Shown: piece by piece, positions 37,868 through 53,211 of the stretch
Numbering within the stretch: the first letter of the stretch is position 1
Layout of the letters: the number at the start of each line of letters is the position of its first letter
DNA from: Octopus sinensis
Taxonomy: Eukaryota
DNA: 64,000 bases
Assembly: GCF_006345805.1 (NCBI RefSeq)
Contig: NC_043008.1
Location: 29,078,001-29,142,000, forward strand
Direction: 5' to 3'
Made by a program: the position numbers and the translations under genes
The notes under the pieces: model-generated
What the model was told of the DNA's origin: nothing
Databases searched by the model: none
The model's input: the letters and a program-made list of their open reading frames with translations, nothing else

Positions 37868-38230
37868 AAAGCTAAGGCGACAAGCTGGAAAATTTGCTAG
37901 CATGCCAGAAAAATTGCTTAACGGTATATGATCCGACAAGTTAGCAGAAACATTAGCACGCCGGGCGAAATGCGTAGCCGTATTTCGTCTGCCGTTACGT
38001 TCTGAGTTCAAATTCCGCCGAGGTCGACTTTGCCTTTCATCCTTTCGAGGTCGATAACTTAAGTACCGCACTGGGGTCGACTTAATCCGTTCGTCTTTCC
38101 TTGTTTGTTCTCTCTATGTTTAGCCCCTTGTGGGTAGTAAAGAAATGGGTATATGATCCGTCTTTACGCAGAAGCGAACTTTGCTTTTCATCATCTCGGG
38201 GGTCGATAAAAGAAGTACCTGTTGATCATC
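37868..38230 (+). mobile_element. SINE (37936-38147) nested in an older copy of the same family
   Basis: 13-bp direct repeat GGTATATGATCCG at 37923-37935 and 38148-38160; outer halves join into one SINE. Confidence 0.8.
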
Positions 38231-39226
38231 TTTTGTGCCTAAATTTGAAACCAGTAGTAACCAAGATCACAAATATATGGCCTAATCTGTTATTTGATGA
38301 GTGCTAATGAGTAGTTTAACTTATTTATTTCATCATTTCATAATATTAGAAACTTATAAACCATGATACAGTTTAGTGAAAGAAATTGCTTCCTGCGCAT
38401 TTCAAGTAGGAAGAACACTATGAAAAATATAATCTTAGATTCAGTATGTATGATAATAGGCTAATACATTTAGATCTCATACAATTTACCAATAGATGTT
38501 CACCATTACAGAAACCCCGATACTTAACAATGACATCGCCAGAAGTATTATAAATCGCTATTTTTATCTCAAAGATAAAATATCTCAGTAGCTCTCCACT
38601 TGGTTTCGTCACATTTTTATGGGGGAAAGAACGTATGTTAACCACCAAATTTGCAGTTCGTACCTCAGACAGGTGAAATCTTCGATCCCTCAATATCCTT
38701 GCCTACGCAATATTATAATGCACGTCAATTTTCATTTGACAACAATTTTCAACGTGGTTTCTAACGAAATGTTAATGCATTATAAACCATGCTCATGTTA
38801 TTCAAACCCATTTCTATAAACGTTACTATATTTATCTTTGATTTATTACCTTAATAATGTTAATGAAAATCTCAAAAAAATATCACTGAATATACAAATC
38901 CACTGGAAGATAGTTGGCACTGTGGCTATTTATGTACAATATGTTGAGAAATATATAAAAATATTCAAAGACAAAATAAATAAAATATGAAGTATACAAT
39001 TTTTTTATTTAGATTCTTCCCCAGATCGAATTATCAACTGTCACATTCTACTGTGATTAAACCATAAAATATTTATGTAGCATTCTAATTATGGTAGGAC
39101 AAAATATTAATACTCTATAGAATATTTGTGATATATAAACAAACACAGATATTATATATTATAAATGTATATGTGTTCATATATGTATGTATGTGCGTGT
39201 CTATGTGAGTGTATGTATTTGTATTA

Positions 39227-39312
<86 letters not shown>

Positions 39313-39559
39313 ATATTTATCTATACACATATATATATTCGTATTGAAAAATACAAACAGAAAAGAAATGAAGGTACGTATAGGTAATATTTACCAATAA
39401 ACATTTATATCACCTTTTTTTTTCACGACGTTTTGTCGTGTGAAAATATTTTGTTTCGAGATTATGTTGTCCTGTTGATGCATTTTTTTTTCTCATGGAA
39501 ATATGTAATTAGTTGTAATCGACAATATCGTCACACTTCAACTACATGAAAAACTAAGA

Positions 39560-39594
<35 letters not shown>

Positions 39595-39989
39595 CGCTCT
39601 CTTTCTCTCTACCACTCACCCTATAAATAATGCAATAGAACTTAAGAAAATCCGATGAATACTGTAGAGTATGTAGTGATGATGCTTGTGAGTGTCGATG
39701 AGGGAAAATTCGACTATTCGATGGTTTCTCGTATTAATCTATGAATTAATCTATGCAGATGCAGATAGCCTTCAGGGACAACAGATGCATGGTGATAATA
39801 TTGTAAATTAATCATTGTTTCCCATGACAGTACTTTTCATATATACATACATAGAAACACACATACTCTCTCTCTTTGTATACTTATAAATATATATATA
39901 TATATATATATATACATTTCTACACGTGTGCATGCGTATATATATGTATACATATATATAAACACACATACATAAATACATATATATGT

Positions 39990-40200
39990 AGTCTTTTATT
40001 CTTTTGTTTCAATCAATTTGATTGCGGTCATGCTGATGCACTTCCTCTAGTCGGACAGAGCGACCCCAGGATTTATTGTTTGTAAGCCTGTTACTTATTC
40101 TATCGGTCTGTTATGCCGAACCGCTAGTTTATGGGGACGTAAATACACCAACATTGGTTGTCAAGTGATGATGGGGGATAAACACAGACACACAAATACA
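39990..40200 (-). mobile_element. 3' half of octopus-type tRNA SINE
   Basis: Reverse complement of the tail and body seen at 13945-14125. Confidence 0.7.
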
Positions 40201-40227
40201 TACATACACATACACACACACACACAC

Positions 40228-40272
<45 letters not shown>

Positions 40273-40490
40273 CACACACACATATTTTTACACGTATATG
40301 TATATAATTATATGAATAGTATTACATGCAAAAACACACATATATATACATACATATTTATGTATACATATATATGTAGATATATATATACTATATGTAT
40401 ATATATGCATATATATACCATATGTGAGTATATATATACATATATATATATACATATATATATAGATACATATATATATATATATACATA

Positions 40491-40578
<88 letters not shown>

Positions 40579-40694
40579 CATATCTGTAATATATATATAT
40601 ATATATATATAATATATATATATATACATACATATATAGATAGATACAGAGAGAAGAGAAAATACATAGTTTAATTATATATTTGTTATACACG

Positions 40695-40727
<33 letters not shown>

Positions 40728-43359
40728 ATATCAAATACGTCATTCTAATTATACATGTTCCTTATATGTGCGTGTGTTCTGTATGTGTGTACATAGGTAT
40801 GTGCGTGTGTGTAAGTGTATGTGTGTATGTGTGTGTGTGTGCGTTCCAGTGAGCGAGTCCTTGTGTCTCTGTGTGTATAACATTTGTCTGCGAATATGTG
40901 TCTCACGTAAATCTCAAACATAAATTGGCACAACTTTTTTTATCTGCCAGCCAAAGGGATCATTCTATTATGAATAAGTTTCAGTTTAGCTCGTTTAGCC
41001 ATCTTGTTTTATCTAATTGTGGATTCTGGTTACACCGAACTCATGATGACGGTTTCTTTCTCTCTTTTTAGCAACACTTGTATCAAGTATAGAAATATAT
41101 TTCGTGTTACTCTTACATTAGCCCAAAAACAAATATACATCGAGTAAATAATTTATGAAGTTGAATGATAAACACCAACGAAATCCTTTTCGTACTTTTA
41201 TCATATTTATTCAGTTTTTGTTTTGAGATTAGTAGGGCTTCCGCATATGCAGCATATGTTTAATACATTCAATATTTCTTCTTAGTTTAAACTGGTATTT
41301 CCAAAAGAACACTTATATATCACAGTCAGACACAGAAACACACAGTTATTTTGCATAATGGCCGGTTAGAAATTTACCACTAGTTTCATGACTACTATTT
41401 CATGTGTCCATATAGGTGACTAAGATTTACTGGGCCGAATCACATCTTTACTAATGGAGGTAAAAATATTCTTATTCACTCTGATGGTGAAAACATCCAG
41501 AACTAAATGAAACCTTAAACGACAAATATCTTGTCTGAGAGGGAGAAATGTACTTGCCTTTGAACGATTCCAGCTATGTCAGAAAATATGTTTCTTTTTC
41601 GTACAAGAGCCTACAAACGTGGAAGACCAGGTTTCCAAAGCAAATATCCTATCATGTGGCAACTGATTAAGTGTCAGTTTTTGATTTCTTGAAACCCACA
41701 GGATTGTGTTGATTTTTTAGGATCATTATGATCAAGGCTATTCACATTTTGCACCGTTTGTTTCCGTTGAGATATGTCCAAACTGTTCCAGCTGCATCCT
41801 TTTAATACTGTATGCGTTCCCTCAACTTTTAAATGACATCAATAATGTAAATTTACACCTCACCGAGATCCCAAAAGCGTATATGTGGTTAGTTAGTCTT
41901 CAAAATTCTCTCCGTTGCTCCGATATATTTCTAAGCATGTTCTCACGTTGTTACTTCTGCTGTTGCTACTACTATTTCAGGTGCTACTTTTGAACACCAC
42001 CTCTGCTTCCTATATACGGCCTGAGATTTGCATCTATCATCTAATGGGCACTCATTGTTAACATTACATGAGTGTTCTACTTATGTGTTGGGTTCTGAGG
42101 CGCTCGTTAATGTCTATTTTTACACTAGGCCTGCAGCGGTAGGAGTGGTTTACATTGTGTCTATAAATACATTCGCAATCATGTAAGAAGCGAAAATACC
42201 AACATCTTTCAATACAGAAAGATCTCGTTGGGGAATGGTTATCCATATTCTGTAACTAAACACTAGGTCGCCAGCAGACCACCTGAGCAAGTTCACATAT
42301 CCAAAGTTAACATGTGGTTTTTGAAATTGCCACACAGGAAGAAAAAGCAACTGATATAATCTTATATGAGTTCCGTAAAGAAGGATGGAATATACGACTG
42401 GCAGACTCCTGAAATTCCCCGAGAATTCTAGCTAAAAACCAGGCAAGACAGCACAAACCCCCATATACACTACCCAACTGCCCAAACGAAAATGAAAATA
42501 TATGTCCATGGTCCTATGTGAATAAATTTGCATAAAGCAAAAGAAAACAATTTGACATCGGATGTACAATCAGACAAAAGAATTAAAGAACTCTTTCATG
42601 TAATTTCCTCTCACATCCCAACACAAATGTTACACACAAAAGATCCAGGTTTCCTTGGAAGCTACGGAAACAAACATTGGAAAATAGAGCATAAAAGAAT
42701 CAATTATAACTAGGAAATACAGACAACGTTTAGAACAGATAAGAGTTACGCGTGACCGATCCGTTACTATAGCGTTGCACACCAAATACAGACACCTGTA
42801 CCATTTTTTCGTCCCTCAATTTCCCACATTTTATGTTATGTGGTTACAGTATATATTCTACGCAACTTCGGGCAATGTTTCTCATAGCAATGGACCTGAC
42901 ACTATTGAGGAAAAGAAGTATATATGTAGGTACATATAAAGCCATAAAGAAAAAGAATTATATAAATAAACTATCTATTGTCGCATTTCATTTATAAAGT
43001 GGAGCATATAAAATATCTATGATATATATGTTTTTTTGGTGAGTGTGATTCGTATTAGACGTTTAATAACCCCTCAGTCCATTCTTACAGACATAGACAT
43101 TTATGAGATACATTAAGAGGAAATATATTTGAAAGCATATAACATTACTATATTTTCTCAGATAAACCTATTCCCTTAGAAATACATTGTTGTGGATAAG
43201 GTAAATAAGAAGTTTAATCTTCAATCATTTTTTCCTGAAAAGTTCTCTACCGAAACTTATTATTACGATTTTCGACGGGTAGAAATGTGATATTTAAAAT
43301 GTGCAATAATGGAGGAATAATAGAATTTGGCAGATCAAAGCATATACATATATATATAT

Positions 43360-43426
<67 letters not shown>

Positions 43427-46005
43427 GTACATATATATATGTATATGTATATATATATACATACATATATGTATATATATGTATATATATATGTATGTAT
43501 GTATATATGGATTTCTTACATAAAAAAATAACTCCATCTTTTTAGAAAGAGAAAAATAACCATTTCCATTCTCAGCTAACCATAACGCAGTTATCTAATT
43601 TTATATAAAACACAGCAAGTGCGCTCCGTTTGAATTGTTTCCATCGTATTGAGATAGAACTTAACCAAATGTGAGCTGTCATATTTCACATCGGAAATAA
43701 CCAATCTACTTCAATTGATATTGGAAAAAGCTGATGGATTTTCAAGCACCACATCCTCAGCACATCTGAGAACAACCAGAACACGATCAATATAATTTAT
43801 ATTAAACAAGTTTAGTATCGTCACAACCTCAGCAGCAGTGCCTGATATTTAACGCAGGCTTATCTCTTAAAGCGTTGAGGAGTCTAACAATGTCTGCCTT
43901 GAACAACTTTGATTTATCTTGCTGCACTTTTTAATATTATGGTGGTGATGACGACTACGGCATCGGCGGTGGCCATGATGACATCGACGACACCGAAGAA
44001 AATCATGACCACGATGATGATAATGAATTTAAAGGAGAAGATGAAACTATGATAAGCATGGAAAAATTCATCAGTACTTATATTTAATATGCACTTCAAA
44101 TCTTTTGATGAAATCGCGAATCGATCCTCGAACACTCAGAACTTCCTCATTTTATTGTAAACTTGCAAATATATCACGGAACATTAACTAGAGGTTATCC
44201 GAAGTGCAAAACATATTGTCATTAAACAGTTTTGCTTATCGCTATATAAACACTCAAAAATAAATTATTTTCTTGCACGTTGCAACAACATTATATCTTC
44301 TATATTCACAAATCTGTATAATACTGTACTGAGAAAAGAAACATTCTCTGTCCACATTTTCTTGCCATCACCGGCACATTTGTAACTGGTACAGCAAATT
44401 ATGTTAGTTGCAATTTTAAAAACATACTGAGGAGGTACCAACTACTCTCATACATTTAACATTTTTAACGAAAATATCTTTCATACCATAACCACTCGTC
44501 AAAATTAAATAGAACGGTACATTAAAAAGACGAAGTGCACACTATTAAAAATACAAGTTCGCGGCTTCAGAACCCTATAATCGAAGGTCTATTTCTATAA
44601 CTATGTTACTTGATAAACTTCTCACGCGTCTCATCGTTTTAACATTATTAATTATGTCAAATATTTTTCCTGAAATCATATTTTGCTTTCGTTCTTTACA
44701 ATTTTGATAAACTCGTCAGATAAAGAATACGATATTTTTATGTAGGGATTGCACAACAAAACGAAAAATGTTTAGTTTCACATAACAAAGGCATTGCGTA
44801 CTAAAAAATGCAGTGCTGTGGTGATAATATTCGTCCAATATTTTTGATACATCCATATCTACCAATGTTTATATTGTATAGGGAAGATATTCTATTAGAG
44901 CATTTGCACATAGAAATACAGGGGCGTTGGATTTATTTGCTTTGGGATATATCGGTATGTAATCTAATTAGACTAGTAATAAGATTTGTGACATAGAATA
45001 GATATTGCCAGTATTCGCGTACTAGTCCAGTGCAGTGTATAAACGGAATTGCCTGATGCTTGTATGGAATGGCTTGCAGTATGTCTCTGTATGTGATCCA
45101 ACTCTATCACTTTGGAAGACAACAATTGCAATGATATCTGTGTCACGTTTAATCAGATGACTTTCCCTTCGTGGAACAGAGTATTATCAATTCATTCATA
45201 CAAAGTGTATCCTCATCTTGAGATTGTGTCTTTTCGTTTAAGCAACGTTGGAGTCGGAGAATGAAGAAACATGGCAGAACAGCCAACTTACAGATGCAGA
45301 TGGATTGTCTATGCATTTTGCTACATCCTCTAAACATTGTAGTTAATATATGAAATATACAACAAAGAGTTTTCGCTGTTCACTGACGGATTCATCCAAG
45401 GAAAACAGAAATATACAAAGTTTTCTATAAGTGATAATCACGAAAACAACACTTAATAGATTAGAAATATAAAGTTGTGGAGATACAGATAAAAACACTT
45501 GCTTTATATGACCATTGCCCTCGAATGAGAAATGACGGCGTAATAAATGCTAAGGACAACGTACAGTTTTCTAGAGGTATTCTGTAATATTCCATGAAAT
45601 TTCCCCTGTTCTCCAACAATGAACTATACCAAATGTCGGTATCTCCAACATAGAGAAAGAAATATGTATATATAAATATACACATATAAAAAACTTACTA
45701 AATGGAATTAAAGAATTTCTTGAACATAATTAAGTTAAAGATTACACGTGTCAAATGATATTAACGAGTAAAACATTTTTTCTATTGAATTATAATTATA
45801 TATGACGCATTAGAGTGAATATAAAAAGAACACATTAACAGCAGTTGCATGGACAACTGAAACACATACTGATACATAAACAAACAGTATCGTAAGGAAA
45901 TGCAAGAATGATACAGATGAAAAACATAACCGAAAAATGGAAATTAGTTGGTTTAACTGTTAACATTTCAATTGCACAATACACCACACTATAAATAGAT
46001 GATAT

Positions 46006-46062
<57 letters not shown>

Positions 46063-46128
46063 CGTGTGTGTGTGAGTGTGTGTGTATATATATATAAGGA
46101 TATAATAAATATGTATGCATACGCACAT

Positions 46129-46196
<68 letters not shown>

Positions 46197-46567
46197 CATA
46201 TGTATGTGTGCATTTGCGCTTGTAGGTGTGTAGGAATGTGTAGAGCTAACTGTTTTACAAGCATATATCAATATATATCTATGAGATAGCGAGTCCGGGT
46301 GTATCTTTTGTGTATGTGGAGGAAATATAGAATAGATAATCTATTTCTATGACTATGTTACTTGATAAATTTTTCACGTATCTCATCGTTTTAACATTAT
46401 TAATTATGTATCATTATATTTTTCCTGAAATCAGATTTTGCTTCCTTTCATTGCAATTTTGATAAACTCGCCAGATAAAGAATACTTTATTTTTAATTGC
46501 GAAATACTTATTCATATAATTACTATATGCGTGTGGCGTGTTGTGTTTGTGTATGCATCTATGCATC

Positions 46568-46613
<46 letters not shown>

Positions 46614-47414
46614 ATAGACAGAGAGGTATATATATATATATATATATGTATACTTGTATGTTACTATATATATGTATTTTTGTAAGTACGTACGTATGTG
46701 TATACACACGCAGATATATATACATCTACATATTTCATTAACTCTATGATTGTGTGTGAGTACACGAATCTCTGTGCATTTAAGTGTTCTCTGTTAGTGT
46801 AAGCATTTATATTACATTTGCATATCTTCGACATCATTGCTAAACTTTATGTGATATCCCAAATTTTAGGTAAAGCAAAACACAACAAATCAAATATTTA
46901 AATGAATTAGATAGAATTGAATTTATATAACTACATCTGAAACGAAATGAAAATTAAATTATATAAGCGACTGTCAGACATTCGGAAATGTATTAACAAT
47001 GTAAAATGTAATAACATTCACACCGCAAGGGGAATGTACTGAAAATTTAAATTATGAAATGTAAAAGAAACATTAATTGTTGATAAATTGAAGAAATATA
47101 CAAATGTATGTATACAAACACACGCGCACACACAAATGTATACACACAGGTACACACAAACACACATATAGGTATAAACACACATGTACACACAAACACA
47201 CACGCACACATATACAAAGCATTCGCACAGACGGAGGCACATTTTGATGCACGAATTTGCACACAGAACATAAATTTGTTTCTATTTCTTAATATTTCTT
47301 TCTTACTTGTTTCATGTGGAAAGACAAGACCTTCCAGAATAACTATTGAGAACTTCTATGAACACCCATTCAAATATCTAACAACCTATTCGATATACAC
47401 ACACACATACACAC

Positions 47415-47465
<51 letters not shown>

Positions 47466-48959
47466 ATATATATATATATTGAGAGAGAGTGAGTGAGTGA
47501 GAAAGAGAGAGAGAGAGAGAAAGAGCGTTAAAATTTTAGAAAGAAAAGCAGAAATCTTGTAAATAGAGCTACCCAAACCTTCCTAGGTGAAATAGTAATT
47601 TATTCTACCATTTATGAAACTGAAAATGAGATCGTTTGTCAGCCGTCTTTTGAGCAGATAACGTTTAAACAAGAGACGCTTGTAAAGGAGAAGACAAGAA
47701 TATAAACACAAGTTAAACGTTACAATAATTCGATGTCAAACTCACGTAAACCAGATGTTAATGTCTTACGTGCATGCATTCAAACTTGTTGATATAGTGT
47801 AACAGCCTCTTGTTGATATCTTAGTTCAAATCCACCCACGATAAAAATAAGGAGTTTCCACATTCACTTAAAAAACTGAAGAGCAAGAAATATAGCTCAT
47901 TATACACGCAGGTTATGCATTGTTATTCAGTAACACATCTATTTGGAGGAAAAAAGGATAATCAAAGAGAGCCATTCGATGTCTCAATGTGTTTATATTA
48001 TAACCCGTATATAAGCAATTTATTTGTTTTATACATATTAAACCATCTTAACTCAAAATTTCCCGGTCATAGTATTGGAATATACCAGAAGGATTATTTA
48101 GCAGTATCGCACAGTTCTGATAGTCAAGCTATGGATTCCTTTTAAAAACCATTAATTTCTACCTTTAGTTCTTTGGGACTTAAAATGTCTATCGATACCA
48201 ACCTAAGACTGACTTTTTAGATGCTTCCTTAGATCTCTAATCTAATTCATATAAGCCTATCCACAAAATTAACTGTCACCCACCTAATACAAAACATTAA
48301 CCGTACGATCACATGTCTTTTATATTTGCTCAGTCGGGCTTTACATTGATTAAATTTATGTATATGACCATTAGGCACTCGTCATTATACTACGAATAAT
48401 TCATTTCTGCTTTGCAGAACGGTCGAAATATATTACGAATGTAGGAATCCTGAGATATTTCTGAAACTTTCAAACGGTCCGTTAGAAGATATCCTCCCTC
48501 CTTTTTTGTACATTAGTTGCATCGAAAGAATGTGATTACGTTCTTATCTAGTCCATAGACAGGCGCCGTAATTTTTACATTTATGTATTACATTTATTAG
48601 ATTTATGCTGTGTTTTGGATTAATTGTATGCTTAATTCATGGTGAGGGACCAAAATCACAAATCTGCATATCAAACTATCCACCATCATGCTTCCCTGTT
48701 CCATAACTAATTTAATGAGCATCTGAAGTATTGAATAGCTTCTGCAATGACACTTGCATGCCGTCTTTGAGTAGTAGTGAACATGCCTTTTTTTGTCTTC
48801 TCAGTACTATAGAAAATTTTTTCCATTCTTCTGTAGTCAAATGTGTATGTTTGTAACGCTTAAATATATACTCATAAGAGTGCATAAATTTAAATAGTTA
48901 TATTTAGTATAGCATTCAACATAGATATATAAAACAAAGTTTGTTATTATCAGCAAACA

Positions 48960-50480
48960 TGTGCCAACATCAGTTTTGTACTTTTTCATGGGTTGGTAGA
49001 AGCTCTTTGTAGTTTTTTTAGCGTTATAGAAGAATTCACTTCTTCACCAGCTATTGCCTGCTCCCAGCCATGTAAATACCGTTGAAAGCTATCGCAGTCA
49101 TTTGTGCTCCATCTTTTTGGACATACTTTATTCTAAGACGGACAGATATTTTGCGATATTATCCTTTCACGCAATTCTTGCATTTTCCTTTCTTCATTTC
49201 TTTTGCCTTCTATTAACAATTTCTGTGAGGATTTTTTTCTAATTAAATATCAGAAATACACGGGTATGTTCCCTTTAATGTTTTCTGCTTCTTTTGTATG
49301 TATTTGTTAGTTTTTTTTGTTGTTTTTTTTTTACTTTGCGTTCTTTTCCATTTAATTTCTCTATTTGTTTGCTGCCTTTCACCATCCATTTACTGCTTTG
49401 GTCCCGATATCCTCAAATGTCTTCAATATTCCAACATCTCAAAGGCTTCTAATCTATTTGATAATACTTTTGTTAATGTCCATGTTTCAACTACAGGTAT
49501 TAGATTGAACCATACATAATATTATGATAATGATTTTAGTGGTTTCGATATTAATGCTGTTTGAAGTTAGTAAGCTTGCAACAAGAACAAAAAGGAAAAG
49601 AAGAAAAAACACTAGATGACTGATGACATTCTAACAAAACTGCAAGAAAATAAAACTATCAGAAGGAAGATCAAGATAGATATCAATCACTAAAATATCT
49701 TTTTTTCTGAATGCAGAAAAGCAAAACGAAATGCTTGGATGATCAATGCCAAGATGTTGAAGGACCCAAAACCAGCAAAAGTTCTTTAAAAATGTATAAT
49801 AAAATATGAGATCACAAACATCAAAAGCATGAGTAAAAAAGTGTTCACATTAAGGACAAAAATAGAATCTCACTGTTTGATCCTGTGTGAAATGCGCTGG
49901 ACTGGTTGAATGCGTAAACGAACCGTTCGACGGTTTCAACAGAACGTGTATGCCCAATTTCGATGCTGTTAATGCAAACAAAATCTTTTAAAAATAAGTA
50001 GAGTAAGCTATAAAGTCAATGTAGGATGGCGCGATACCTATATGAGATAAATACCAGCAAATCATTAAAGGCAGATAATCAAACCGTTGATCTAATAACA
50101 GATTTATATAATAACCATATATGAGTTTGCACACATCCAAACATGAAACAAATTATATTTATACCATTTCTAAGGAAATCTAAAGCTCAGGATTACACAG
50201 AGTTTAGAGCCATAATGAGCGCTATGCCGAAACTATATCATAAAATGCATCAATACTAAACGAACTTATAAGGCAATGCCAAAACCGGATTTAGATACGA
50301 AATCAAAATACTTGAAGGAATATTTAACCAAGAAACCATGTGATAGAGCTGAATAAGCTTACATACGCTTATAGAAATTACCACATATCAGAGTAAATAT
50401 AGAATATATGATAAATTCTCTCCTAATATTGGCAAAAAGGTAATGAGAGCAATGAGTTGTGTTATGAATTGCATGGATTG
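48960..50480. mobile_element. decayed RTE-clade LINE in two opposite-orientation pieces
   Basis: Minus strand from about 49520 leftwards: VETWTLTK..SNRLEAFEM. Plus strand 49600-50480: W(*)MTDDIL and KSKAQDYTEFRAI. Confidence 0.6.
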
Positions 50481-51734
50481 TGTTAGGACCTTGGAATTTA
50501 AAATGAATAACGAAATCCCTTAAGTCTATAATGTATCTTACGATTTACTTAACCAAAAACTCAGGATGGTTTGAGAGAAATAAAAATACCTGTAATATCT
50601 AAAGAAAGTCTGAACATTAGATGATGATCTGCTTAAATTTGAAACATTAGTTGACTTTAAGAAAATATTTATGAAACGGAAATTGATGCTTAAAAAGCAG
50701 GCACAGTATCCTACATGATATCATCGAGATATAAAACATTTCTCTGCGGCGAATGGGATGTATATAGGTAGTGTATATTTTACGGCATATAATTTCAGAT
50801 ACACCTATAGTAGACTGTGCAACTATGATAACACTTGTTAAATGCAACCTCAGGTGCAACTTTCATAATAAAGATTCAGTTTTACATTTGCCATAAAGAG
50901 ATCGGTTAAACGACACATCATATCAGTGGAAGTAGTATCGGTGTTTCAGTATATTATATTTCACTACGAGCTACAAATATCTCATATTATCTTGGTACAT
51001 TTTCTCTGAACAAACCTAAGAGAATAATTACATCGCGAAAACATAACATCGAGAGATTAACAAAAGAACTGTTTTTGTTTACACTAACTTAACCAACGTC
51101 AACAAAATTAAATGACCTCGTTTATCATACCTCATGAACACATTTCTTTTTCTCTCGTTCTGACTCAGCTCAGTACATTAATGCACCTGAGGCTGATTGG
51201 TATATAGAAACTTTTTATCTTACTCAACAGTTCAAATTAGTTTATGCTACACACAGAGGAAAATCACATTATATTACGACATATTACAACATATTCAAAC
51301 ATACTTCTTATTCCAAAGGTAAATTAATGAGTATAAGGGAACCGTCACCTCTTCCTCGCTCTTCACGCACACACACACACATACACACGCACACACACAC
51401 ATTCACACAGACACACACATACATATATATAATGAATAAGTGAAACGAAAAATGGATTCACCAAGAATCTTTATTCAGTACAACGATTATTTCGATCCTT
51501 CTTGAATCTCTCTCTTTCGGGTGGGATATATCACATGTAGTTGTGTTTCATCCATCACTGCAGGTTTTGTTTCGTTAGTAGCTGGAGTAAATACGATACG
51601 TTGCTACATATACTGATATTCGCTTGGCATTGTGCTGTTGCCCGTAGTGCATTGGCTACATTTGCATATGGTAGAATAATTTCGGGATTATAAAGATGAT
51701 GTTATGCAATATGACTATATGAGATCCATTGTGC

Positions 51735-52720
51735 AACTTAGATCTCCTTGCGGTAAACACATTTCTTCCATCGCTGTTGCAATGCTTAGATCTTCTTTTT
51801 GAAGAAGCTTTCCTCCAGCTGGTCAAAGGTGTCATATACAGAAGATATGACGTCATAATCACTGCGATATACAAATTCCCATCCTAGTATTTTTCTTGTT
51901 GGGGAAGAGACACTAGTCAGATGGTCCCAAATTAGGTAAATAGAAAGGCTGATCAATTAGTTCAAAGACCAAGTAAAAGACAGCTACCATCGAAAGCAAG
52001 GAGCATTGTTCTGATGTAACAAGTACACTTGTTCCTCCTGATAGCTTTTTGTATCTTTCTCATCAAGTTGGCATAGTACTCTCCATTGATGATGTGGCAC
52101 TTTTGATAATAATCACAAAATACCAAGTCGATCAGCAGAACACTTAAACAATCACCTTCCCGGCAGAAAAAATAACCTTGGCATTCTTTGGAGCACGTGT
52201 GGAGTGGTGTTTCCGCTGAAGTGTGTCTTTGTCTCTGACTCAAAGTGCTGAAATCATGTGTAATCCTTGGTGTGGAAACGCTCAAGGTAATCAGTTGGTT
52301 CCGCCTGAAACAATCTCGTATATTTCCATTATGCTATCAGCCTGGGGCGGTTTTGATCAGAAGAAGGCGGAATTCACCGAGAAGAATCCCCTCGTTCTGC
52401 AAAGTTCACTTTGCAAAATATTCTCAAATCTTTGATGAGATATGACAGTAGCATTGCATATTTCATTTTTAGTCAATCGCTTTTCATCCTTAAACATACG
52501 CTGAACAAGATCTATGTTATCCGTGGTGAAGGCAGTTGCAGGGCATCCAGATTTTGGTTAGTCTTCAACGTTCTCTCTTCGTTTGCGATACTTTGCTGCT
52601 CACTTTTACACTTTTCATAAAGCTGAACGATCCTCTTCTAATGCAGTAATCATGTCACCTTGAATTTCCTTAGGAGCTGAAGCCGTTTTTCCAGATACTT
52701 GATAAATCAAATTTTGTTCA
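51735..52720 (-). mobile_element. decayed near-full-length mariner
   Basis: MNKI..IKYLEK, PKSGCPATA, APKNAKVIFSAGKV, INGEYYANL, ALQQRWKKCV. Confidence 0.85.
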
Positions 52721-52967
52721 TTTTTCCAGAGAATTTGATACTAGTTACATTTGAATTCTTTTTTGAACAGTCAGACGTTAGTTTGCATGGAAGAAAACAA
52801 TTCAGTTATTAATAAGGGAAATTGAATTTAATGCCTGAAAGATTTGCTAGCTCTAGCATCTTTTCCAACTGGTTATCGACACACCATCTGTGTCTGATAT
52901 ACTCTGAGCAAGGGAGTATATTCTCTCCTCTACCTATTAGGAGTACCAGCAGACCATGGCTTCTGTG

Positions 52968-53017
<50 letters not shown>

Positions 53018-53211
53018 GTAGCGAGAGGAGGGAGGTTAATATAAACAGCACATTGCAATATTTCACCAGACAGGAGAATTATAATCATCACTAAACGTGA
53101 CTAAATGTGACACGGTTGACAAGAAATAAGAGTTGCTCCACTCTAATGATGTAGGTAACGCACATGGATGTAAACATATACACTAATAGGAACCATAATT
53201 GTCCGAAATAT

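Noticed and set aside
39644-39675. Hammerhead-like CCGATGA-ATACT/AGTAT
   Set aside because: GAAA replaced by GTAG; no stems I or III
42060-42350. Possible third PLE RT fragment (KDL.GNGYP-like)
   Set aside because: Single weak motif across frameshifts; not enough to call
43935-44090. Acidic D/G/H-rich peptide on the plus strand
   Set aside because: Pattern typical of a decayed (GAT)n/(GGT)n microsatellite; no start or splice context
48418-48535. Candidate terminal exon after TTCATTTCTGCTTTGCAG (TVEIYYECRNPEIFLKLSNG...)
   Set aside because: Good acceptor but only about 39 codons with no recognisable homology or upstream exon
51480-51530. Decayed hammerhead on the minus strand (GATTC/GGATC-GAAAT)
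   Set aside because: Core not recoverable (CCGAAAG); at most an old pLTR remnant
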